A program made the position numbers and the translations under genes. This document shows, piece by piece, positions 7,084 to 15,011 of a stretch of 32,000 bases of DNA (the stretch's first letter is position 1; each line of letters starts with the position of its first letter). The notes below the pieces were generated by a model that was not told where the DNA came from, did no database searches, and saw nothing but the letters and a program-made list of their open reading frames with translations. Source of the DNA: an uncultured Muribaculaceae bacterium (GTDB lineage Bacteria; Pseudomonadota; Alphaproteobacteria; Rs-D84); assembly GCA_965231035.1 (NCBI GenBank), contig OZ246409.1, forward strand, positions 271,101-303,100, read 5' to 3'.

Positions 7084-9585
7084 TTACATAACGATATCTT
7101 CACATTTTGCTTCGGATGTTTCAGTCTTACAGCTGGTGTTTCTATTGTTATGGAACCAGCTTTTGCTGCCTGTTGTTTTGCAACTTTCTGTGATTGTTGT
7201 TGTGCAAATATGACAATTTCTGGTTTCACGACTGAATATTGCACTGACCTGTTTTGTCATTCCACCGCCACTTAATTTTGCACCACCCAAATATCCACCA
7301 TTGCTGAATGTCACACCACCAGCATGCATTACACCAGCCCCGCCTTTCATCAAATCTTCGGTTGTTAAACCAGATCCGACTTCGTAACTGATTGCATATG
7401 GTGGAGTCAAAGGAGTGCTGGCATTAACATCACCCAAACCACCTGCCCCACCGTTTTCTGCAATCTTTTGACACATGTATTGTGCCAAATCTGCAGAAGC
7501 ATTTTTGGTTGCAGATGATATTTCTTTATTCAATTTTGTATTATAATTATCTTGAGCTTTACGCAATGCAGCAACAGCAATTTGCATTTTAACCTGGTTC
7601 AGCAATTTTGGAAAACGTGCTGTGGTGACAGAACCGTCCTTACCATTTATCTGTGACAAATCACGTCCACTGACACAATATTGAATCTTAGGATCTTGTT
7701 CTATCATTTCAATCGTGCGATTAATAGTGCCAGAAATATTATTCAGTTCTTCTTCAACAGAAGACATTATTCCAGCAGCGTTTGGAATACTTGTATTATT
7801 TGATTTAACTTTTACCAAATAATCTTGGATACCAATTTGTCCAGGTTCTAACTTTGTTCCATCATCCAAAGTTTTACCACTGGAATCACCCATTTGTATA
7901 CTGCCAAATGAAATCATTCCTGTTACACGATATACATCACCATCTTTTTGAGAACGAATTGAACCCGTTCCAATTGTGTCATCGGCTGCGAATTTATTAC
8001 AATCTGTGGTGCTGCCACAAACCTCGGTCATTTTTTCATCAACCAGATTCTCGCAATTTTCCAATTCAGCATTATCAATATTCAAATACAATCCCATCAA
8101 CATTGAATCCAAATCATCCATTGAAAATGCTGGATTATTTGCTTTGCAAACAACCAATTTATCCAATGGGCAAATATCTTTTATGTAATTGTAATCCATA
8201 CCGATACAATTGCTGAAATCTTTGCCGCATCTTTCATCGGATGTAAAGCAATCTTTGACTTCTTGGGTACAAGCATCTACACGCATAGCAGCCAACTTGT
8301 CAGTTACATATCCCCATATCATTGGTTCCATTCTTTCACAAGTATCAATTTGAACCTTGCAGAAACTGCGTGCCATATCTGGTCTGGACAAGCAAGAATC
8401 CATTGTTGCTGTCCCTTTACCAACTATATCGTCTTTACATGCTTTTTGAATACAGCTGGAAATATCAGTTAAACAAGATTGACGCATTTTTGATTCTGCA
8501 TTTTGCTCGGCAAGTTTTATTGTTGGTGCGGCTTCACGTAAAAAATCGGGCCAAACATTGTCACGCACAACAACACATTGATCCAAAACTTTTTCACAAA
8601 TATTGCGTTTTGCTTCCAAAATTTCCATCGTAGAATCAGTTATGTCAAATTTAGATATAACATCTACTTTGGTACCAGCAGTACTGACGGCCTTGTTATT
8701 CTGCATATTTTCCGAAGCAATCGTAGAAACGCAATTTGCCCAATCTTTGCCACATGCGTCATCAGATTGCATACATTTTTTAAATTCAACCATACATGTT
8801 CCACGATCATACTTGTTTGCGGAATCAAAACTGCTTTTTAACGCCGCACGAACATCAGATTGTGCACTGGTCAAAATTTTGTCTGCATCAGCCTTTTTTG
8901 ATGCAACATCATTTGCAAATGCATTACAGTCAGAAACAATTTGTCTTGAATACATTTGTTGCAAGAACACAACATCTTTTGTACAAGAATCCGGCATCTT
9001 GGAAAGACAAAGATCATTCGCACCGGTATAAAGAGAGTTTCCAGTTTTATTGGCCAAATTATCAACTTCTTCTTCGAAAACATCTTGATCATCAGTTGAA
9101 GAATTAGATTCAAAAATAGCCATCAAATCTTTTTTCTTCTTTTCCTTGGTCTGTTCTGTTGATAATTCATCTACTGATATAACATTACCTTTTTCATCAT
9201 ATTCACGGGCACCATTAAAGATAATATCAGCCTGTGCCCCAGCCTTGATTTTTTCAACTTGAACTGTTTTCAAATTATCTGCATTTTCCAATTGCTTTTT
9301 TATATCAGCCAATTGTTTTTCATATTTTGCATTTTCATCACTGCACGAACAAGTTCCACCATTAGTATTATCAACATTACAAAACTGATCCATACATCCG
9401 TAATAAGTATCGTAACATTCTTGTGAATATAAACCAGTCGCCGCAACCTTAGCACGAACACTTGTTCCGCTTTGTATGACAGATTGCCCTTTGCTGGAAC
9501 GTGTTGCCACAGCAGATTCAGCTGTAAAATGCACCAAGCAAAACACAGATGTCAACAATCCAAAGCTTATAATTTTACGCATCAT
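7084..9585 (-). CDS. large secreted cysteine-rich protein, family member A (833 aa)
   Basis: Signal peptide MMRKIISFGLLTSVFCLVHFTA. Head motif ECYDTYYGCMDQFCNVDNTNGGTCSCS at 9340..9417. There are ~36 Cys in the mature part. RBS GGAGAGAG lies upstream, 23 bp after member B. It is clearly alignable to member B. Confidence 0.85.
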   Translation of the reverse strand: MMRKIISFGLLTSVFCLVHFTAESAVATRSSKGQSVIQSGTSVRAKVAATGLYSQECYDTYYGCMDQFCNVDNTNGGTCSCSDENAKYEKQLADIKKQLENADNLKTVQVEKIKAGAQADIIFNGAREYDEKGNVISVDELSTEQTKEKKKKDLMAIFESNSSTDDQDVFEEEVDNLANKTGNSLYTGANDLCLSKMPDSCTKDVVFLQQMYSRQIVSDCNAFANDVASKKADADKILTSAQSDVRAALKSSFDSANKYDRGTCMVEFKKCMQSDDACGKDWANCVSTIASENMQNNKAVSTAGTKVDVISKFDITDSTMEILEAKRNICEKVLDQCVVVRDNVWPDFLREAAPTIKLAEQNAESKMRQSCLTDISSCIQKACKDDIVGKGTATMDSCLSRPDMARSFCKVQIDTCERMEPMIWGYVTDKLAAMRVDACTQEVKDCFTSDERCGKDFSNCIGMDYNYIKDICPLDKLVVCKANNPAFSMDDLDSMLMGLYLNIDNAELENCENLVDEKMTEVCGSTTDCNKFAADDTIGTGSIRSQKDGDVYRVTGMISFGSIQMGDSSGKTLDDGTKLEPGQIGIQDYLVKVKSNNTSIPNAAGIMSSVEEELNNISGTINRTIEMIEQDPKIQYCVSGRDLSQINGKDGSVTTARFPKLLNQVKMQIAVAALRKAQDNYNTKLNKEISSATKNASADLAQYMCQKIAENGGAGGLGDVNASTPLTPPYAISYEVGSGLTTEDLMKGGAGVMHAGGVTFSNGGYLGGAKLSGGGMTKQVSAIFSRETRNCHICTTTITESCKTTGSKSWFHNNRNTSCKTETSEAKCEDIVM

Positions 9586-9608
9586 AATCTCTCTCCACCA
9601 AAGTGTTA

Positions 9609-11750
9609 TTACATATTAACGTCTTCACAAGAATCAACTTCTTGGCAAAATTCTTGAGTACCGCCAGATGCACGACCGCCAAAGAATCCACCAATCGCAC
9701 CGACTGCACCACCAATTGCTGTTCCCCACCCAGGCATAACCATTGTACCAGCCGCAGCACCAGCTGCCAATCCACCCCCAGCAGCCTTTAATCCAGATGT
9801 ATTTTTACTTTCGCCACCTTTTTCACAAACTTGTTGTGTGCGACATACATGACAATTTCTTAAAGACGGTTCAAAAGATACACTTTTTATATAACTGTAA
9901 TTTTTCTTTTTTTCGTCTGGCGTTTCTACCTTATAAGTCGAGGTACAATTTTTTTCTGCTTCTTCTAGGCTTTGAGCACGAGATAATTCTGCAATTTTTG
10001 ATTCCAATTGTTTCACAGCTCTGTTTTCTGCACCAATTTCAGCAATTAACTTTGCGGTACTGAACACAGTATCACCCATTGATTTACGACCAGTTGGCTT
10101 TTTACCGTCTTTGCAAGCAGTAACATTTTTATCATTTTCAAAATCAGTAAAGAAATTTTTAACTGCTGCATCCGCATTATCTATAACTTGCTGACGCAAG
10201 GCAACCATACCTTCTTCGGTATCTGGAACAGCATTCAATGCTGTTATTCTTGCATCATTTGGCAAACAGGACATATCTGTTCCACAAACCTTACCAAGTT
10301 TTTCTGCAAAATAATTTGTACAACTTTGCAACATTTGATAATCCATCTGCAACATAGCCGCCTGGAGAATTATATTAAATTGTGTTTCTTTCTTACATGA
10401 TGGGAACATAGACTGTGGACACAGCGCAGAAATTTCCGAAGATTTTTTACCTAAACATTCAGGAGCATCATAATTTTTACCACATCTATCCTGTAAACAT
10501 TTATCTATATCGTTTTCACAAAATTGAGTTTGTAAAAATCCAAGCTTATCACTGACAGAATTTTTTATACCCGGAATTATATCATTACATTCATCAATTA
10601 TTGGACATACGCCCGCAGCAACATTAATATCTGTCAAACAGGCAGAATCAGTGCCTGTTGAACAACCATCTTCCAGACAAGCCTGAATTTTTGCAAAACA
10701 AGTTGCACGGCGATTTTTATCCGCATATTTTGCAGCATCCTCTAAAACAGTCTTTGATTCAGCAGTCCAGTCTTGTATAACATAATCTTTGACCGCTGTG
10801 CATTGGTCCAAAACATTTTCACAAGCATTAGCACGACGAGCCAATAATTCTTCGTCCAGACAATTTTCAAAATCAGACCCGCATCCGCCCTTGTCTGATA
10901 TACAAGATTTATAAGCCAGCAAACATTCGCCACGATTATATTTGTTTGTTGTATCCAACATTTCCAATCTTGCCTTGCGGACAGCAGCCTCGGCAGTTGT
11001 TTTATTCGCACTGGCATCACGTTTTTGATCTGTCAGATAATTATTAAAATTTTTACAATCTTGAACAATTACACGCGAATAAAGCGTTTCTTCCATCCCA
11101 GCAGAATCACCGCAAGCCGCTAATTTTGAAGCACAATTATCAGTTGCAATTGCATATAAATTGTTACCAATATCATAATCTGAATTCAAAGCATCAGTGT
11201 CATCACTTGTTGTGCCAGAACTAATCCAATCCGCAAGACTTAAACCAGAAGCACGTGATGAACTTTTAGCCTTGTCACTTTCACCAAATACTAATTTTGC
11301 CTTGGCACCAAGTTTTTCGCGTTCAACACCTTCGGTATACATTTTTTCCGCGTCATTTTGTATTTTTTGAATTTCTTGTATTATCGGTTTTGCCTGATTT
11401 ATATTGTCAGAACAAGCACAACGGCTGCCTTCGGATTCATCTAATAAACAAAATTCATCCATACATTGACGATAATTATCTCGACAACTGTTTGCAGAAG
11501 AAGATGTTGTTGTCACACTTGTTTTTGTGTCTGATGATTTGCTGACAGTTGTTGTTACAGGTTCTGTAACAGTCGTTTGTGTATCTGAATCTGTAGTATT
11601 TTCAACAGATGTCGAAGCCCTGGTCATAACCTGAGATCGGGCCGCCGCCTGGGAAATACGATTAACCCCAACCCTTGCATCACTTCTATCTGCAGCAAAA
11701 ACAACACTTGGCAGAAAACAAACTGCGGTTAAAAATATTTTTAATTTCAT
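9609..11750 (-). CDS. large secreted cysteine-rich protein, family member B (713 aa from ATG 11750)
   Basis: I prefer ATG 11750 (MKLKIFLTAVCFLPSVVFA signal peptide) over the track TTG at 11810, which falls inside a predicted -35 box. An S/T-rich linker precedes the head motif SCRDNYRQCMDEFCLLDESEGSRCACS (11409..11486). A C-terminal glycine-zipper segment is present. Confidence 0.85.
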   Translation of the reverse strand: MKLKIFLTAVCFLPSVVFAADRSDARVGVNRISQAAARSQVMTRASTSVENTTDSDTQTTVTEPVTTTVSKSSDTKTSVTTTSSSANSCRDNYRQCMDEFCLLDESEGSRCACSDNINQAKPIIQEIQKIQNDAEKMYTEGVEREKLGAKAKLVFGESDKAKSSSRASGLSLADWISSGTTSDDTDALNSDYDIGNNLYAIATDNCASKLAACGDSAGMEETLYSRVIVQDCKNFNNYLTDQKRDASANKTTAEAAVRKARLEMLDTTNKYNRGECLLAYKSCISDKGGCGSDFENCLDEELLARRANACENVLDQCTAVKDYVIQDWTAESKTVLEDAAKYADKNRRATCFAKIQACLEDGCSTGTDSACLTDINVAAGVCPIIDECNDIIPGIKNSVSDKLGFLQTQFCENDIDKCLQDRCGKNYDAPECLGKKSSEISALCPQSMFPSCKKETQFNIILQAAMLQMDYQMLQSCTNYFAEKLGKVCGTDMSCLPNDARITALNAVPDTEEGMVALRQQVIDNADAAVKNFFTDFENDKNVTACKDGKKPTGRKSMGDTVFSTAKLIAEIGAENRAVKQLESKIAELSRAQSLEEAEKNCTSTYKVETPDEKKKNYSYIKSVSFEPSLRNCHVCRTQQVCEKGGESKNTSGLKAAGGGLAAGAAAGTMVMPGWGTAIGGAVGAIGGFFGGRASGGTQEFCQEVDSCEDVNM

Positions 11751-11781
11751 CAGACACCACCCTACATAGTCGTTGTATGTA

Positions 11782-11810
11782 ATTTTATCAAATGCTGGCT
11801 TCCCACGCAA
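11782..11810 (-). promoter_or_regulatory. candidate sigma70-type promoter for the B-A cysteine-rich operon
   Basis: The minus strand reads TTGCGT, a 17-nt spacer ending in TGA, then TAAAAT (extended -10 like). It lies ~30 nt upstream of ATG 11750. Confidence 0.45.
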
Positions 11811-11895
11811 GCAGATAAACGTATAAAAATACCTTGCTTTTTCAATTCATAGCTAATATCATCAAACTAGTATTTTGTTTACAAAAAGGTTATTT

Positions 11896-12144
11896 ATGGC
11901 AAAAGATGATGTAATTGTATTAAATGGTACAGTTGAAGATAAATTGCCGAACACGATGTTCCGCATAAAATTAGAAAATGGACACGATGTTCTGGCAACT
12001 GTTTGTGGAAAAATGCGTAAAGCACGCATTTGGGTTAACGTTGGTGAAAAGGTCCGTGTTGAAATGACCCCTTATGACTTAGACAAGGGTCGTATTACAT
12101 TTGTAGAAAGAACTGCAAAACCTGCCCCAACTGCACAACAATAA
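11896..12144 (+). CDS. infA: translation initiation factor IF-1
   Basis: [42 protein letters not shown]...[11 protein letters not shown] is canonical IF-1. I prefer ATG 11896 over the track TTG at 11875. Confidence 0.95.
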   Translation: MAKDDVIVLNGTVEDKLPNTMFRIKLENGHDVLATVCGKMRKARIWVNVGEKVRVEMTPYDLDKGRITFVERTAKPAPTAQQ

Positions 12145-12148
12145 ATTT

Positions 12149-12173
12149 ATCCCGCGAACCGCGGGATTTTTTT
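12149..12173 (+). terminator. rho-independent terminator after infA
   Basis: 8-bp stem ATCCCGCG / CGCGGGAT with loop AAC, followed by TTTTTT. Confidence 0.85.
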
Positions 12174-12233
12174 GAAATTACAAATTATTTTCCTTGCCCT
12201 GATTTTCATATTTTTGCTAATATTTTACAGAGA

Positions 12234-14972
12234 ATGAAAAAGATTTGGTCTTTTGCTTTATGTTGCATTATCAGCATCAGTTTTGCTGACGCTTCGCAAC
12301 GCACAGAAACTTCTATAAATCGTGAACCAGTTTCAACTTCACAACGTACCGCAACTGTTCAAAAAGAATCTGCAAAAGTTAATTCCAGAACTGGTTCTGT
12401 ACGTGAGGTTTCGGTCAGAAACAGTTCTAATACATTGTCACGATCAGCTGTTACAACCCCCAGAAAAAACACTACAATTTCTGCAAGGTCGGCAACAACC
12501 ACAACAAAAGCAAGAACAACTGTTACCAGAAACGTCCCGGTTACAAAAAACAATCTGATATCCCGAACAACCACAACAACATCAGATTCAAAAACCTTTG
12601 GCAGTGGATATAACGCTTGCAGGGACTCTTATTTCACCTGTATGGATCAATTTTGTGCAAAACAAGATGAAACATATCAACGCTGTGCTTGTTCATCCAG
12701 ATTGGAAGAAATAAAAAGCAAAGAACGCGCACTTTCACAAACCAAGCAGCAATTACAAGATTTCAAGGATTTAAATATTGATTCAATATCCAAGACCAGG
12801 AACGAGGTCAAGGCTATGGTGAATGCCAGTGCTGGTGAATCCGCAACTGATAAATCAACTGATACTTCCAGCAGTTCGGAAAAATTATCAGGTATCAGTT
12901 CTGTATTAAGCAAGACAAAATCCGAATCTTTATCCACCCAAGGTAAATTAGATATTGCCGGTAATATAAATGCTATTTGGTCAACCACAGATTTGACTGC
13001 TGGTGCAGATATAATGAATTTAACCGGGGAAAAACTTTACAATGCTGTTCACGCCCAATGCGTTTCTTTTGCATCTGATTCTTGTGATTCTAAATCAACA
13101 TTAAATATGGTTGTTACTGCCTATGGAATGTATATTGAAAATGATTGCACAACACTTTCTAATTCTTTGGCAAAACAAACTACTAACGCATCCGGAAGTA
13201 TACGTGAAACAGAACAAGCAATGAACCAAGCCAGATTAGAAAATTATGATTCACATAATTCTACATCTATTAATGACTGTATATCAAACGTTCGCAAAGA
13301 TATAACTGCTGACTCTGCTTGTGGTAAAGATTATATTCACTGTTTGGACATAACTGGAAAATATCTTAACAGCGATACAGGAGAGCCTATATACAGCTCG
13401 GACTTTTATCAGTTAGAATTACAAACATCTTTATCAGGGGATATTTTAACAAACCAGACAAATAGGTTGCTTGTAAATGAGTTAAATAAAAAGAAAGAGT
13501 TCGTAACAAACGATTTATCCAAGTGTAGCGATTTGTCATCTGATGTGTGGGATGAATTTATGCGTCAAGCAATTACCGAAATATATCAAGGCCAGCAAGA
13601 AAGAATCCGAGAAGTTAAAAACGAATGTATTGATGTTGTTAACGATTGCTATGACACACAAAGCAAATCTTTGAAAGATTTTAGTAATGTAAAAGAACAG
13701 CTTTTGTTGGGATCAAGATTAGAATTATCTGAAGAAATGTGCAAAGAAAAACTTAATGCATGCAGCAATCTTTACGGTGGTGGTGAACCAGGACTAGAAG
13801 AACTTGTTACAACCATGCATAATATTACAGATCAGAAAATTGCTAAAGATTGCAAAACAACACTGGAAGATTATGCAAAAAGTATTTGTGCTGTACCATC
13901 CAGCGACATTGTCCATGGATACCCTTTTGCATGTCGCACATACGCACCAGGCGAACAAAAGTATGCCTCTATTTCGTCGTGTAATCTTGTATTTTCGACC
14001 GGAACTTTGAATGTTATTGATACCGGGTATACTGCTGGTGTTGATAATGGAACTGGAACTGTTAATTTCATTTGCAGAGATAACACAATTTATACAAATT
14101 GCAGTTATGGATATTACATGGCTTATTTAACCAATGGTTTTTACATTTATGACGGAACTCCAAAACCTGGTAATAAATGTCTAAAATGTCCTACACTTGC
14201 ATCTAATGGAACATCAGCGGTTAGTTACAATTGTAATGGTGGAACAGAAGCTCCTGCACAGATAACAAATGAAAATACAAGTAATGTTACATGTGGTGAT
14301 GATTATGTAGGAAGTTTGTATCAAAAAATTGTTAGATATGCATTACAGACCTGCACCAGACCTTCGGATTCTACAGAAGTTTTACCTTATGCAATTTTAG
14401 CCGATGTGAATGTTGTTATGGATTCAATAAAATCAGCAATGGGCACGCAGTTGTCCGATGAATGTGAACGTCTTGGTGGTATTTGGGTTAATACTCCAGG
14501 AAATAATGTATCTTCTGATAAAATATTAACATCATTTTATACCGAGACCAGTTCTAATAAAAAATGGGGGTATTGTTCTGTTACACCAGCCATAGTATGC
14601 CCAAAATTTTCCACTTCGGATTCCAGTTGTGTATCTACTGATTCATCGGGTGTATCTGGTGGTTGTGCAATAGCAAAATGCAGATGTGTTTCCGGAACAT
14701 ATTCAAATGGGTCTGGAGGATGTACGCCGGGTACATACAGTTGCCAAGGAGCCTGTGGTACCCAAAGAACGACATTTACTGCAAGTTCACAAACACCTGT
14801 TACAACAGCATGGACGGGCGGTGATAATTATAAGATACGTAGAAAATATAGTGTATTATGTTCCAATTGGATAACTGTAAGTGGGGGTACTTGCACTTCT
14901 GCTAATTTCACAGCTTATTACACTTCGTGTTTAAACGATAATAATTTCACTACGCTAGTAACTTGCGATTAG
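12234..14972 (+). CDS. large secreted cysteine-rich protein, family member C (912 aa)
   Basis: Signal peptide MKKIWSFALCCIISISFADA. A ~105-aa S/T/R-rich linker precedes the head motif ACRDSYFTCMDQFCAKQDETYQRCACS (12618..12698). About 40 Cys in total. The C-terminal third differs from members A and B. Confidence 0.85.
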   Translation: MKKIWSFALCCIISISFADASQRTETSINREPVSTSQRTATVQKESAKVNSRTGSVREVSVRNSSNTLSRSAVTTPRKNTTISARSATTTTKARTTVTRNVPVTKNNLISRTTTTTSDSKTFGSGYNACRDSYFTCMDQFCAKQDETYQRCACSSRLEEIKSKERALSQTKQQLQDFKDLNIDSISKTRNEVKAMVNASAGESATDKSTDTSSSSEKLSGISSVLSKTKSESLSTQGKLDIAGNINAIWSTTDLTAGADIMNLTGEKLYNAVHAQCVSFASDSCDSKSTLNMVVTAYGMYIENDCTTLSNSLAKQTTNASGSIRETEQAMNQARLENYDSHNSTSINDCISNVRKDITADSACGKDYIHCLDITGKYLNSDTGEPIYSSDFYQLELQTSLSGDILTNQTNRLLVNELNKKKEFVTNDLSKCSDLSSDVWDEFMRQAITEIYQGQQERIREVKNECIDVVNDCYDTQSKSLKDFSNVKEQLLLGSRLELSEEMCKEKLNACSNLYGGGEPGLEELVTTMHNITDQKIAKDCKTTLEDYAKSICAVPSSDIVHGYPFACRTYAPGEQKYASISSCNLVFSTGTLNVIDTGYTAGVDNGTGTVNFICRDNTIYTNCSYGYYMAYLTNGFYIYDGTPKPGNKCLKCPTLASNGTSAVSYNCNGGTEAPAQITNENTSNVTCGDDYVGSLYQKIVRYALQTCTRPSDSTEVLPYAILADVNVVMDSIKSAMGTQLSDECERLGGIWVNTPGNNVSSDKILTSFYTETSSNKKWGYCSVTPAIVCPKFSTSDSSCVSTDSSGVSGGCAIAKCRCVSGTYSNGSGGCTPGTYSCQGACGTQRTTFTASSQTPVTTAWTGGDNYKIRRKYSVLCSNWITVSGGTCTSANFTAYYTSCLNDNNFTTLVTCD

Positions 14973-15011
14973 TACAAAAATTTGATAGAATACAAAAAAC
15001 AGGTATAAATC

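Noticed and set aside
7854-9107. Numerous plus-strand ORFs of 60-140 aa in the track (7854..8216, 8322..8633, 8603..9031, 8796..9107 and others). Similar antisense ORFs lie inside 9609..11750, 12234..14972 and 27528..31265.
   Set aside because: All lie entirely inside much longer ORFs on the opposite strand or in another frame. Those longer ORFs have signal peptides, paralog support and RBSs. The short translations are low-complexity, lack RBS and promoter context, and are expected by chance in AT-rich DNA.
12194-12223. Possible promoter for member C: TTGCCC, an 18-nt spacer with TGC, then TAATAT.
   Set aside because: The -10 would put the transcription start only ~3-4 nt before ATG 12234. 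That implies a leaderless mRNA, the -35 is weak and the spacer is 18 nt. It is too uncertain to list as a feature.
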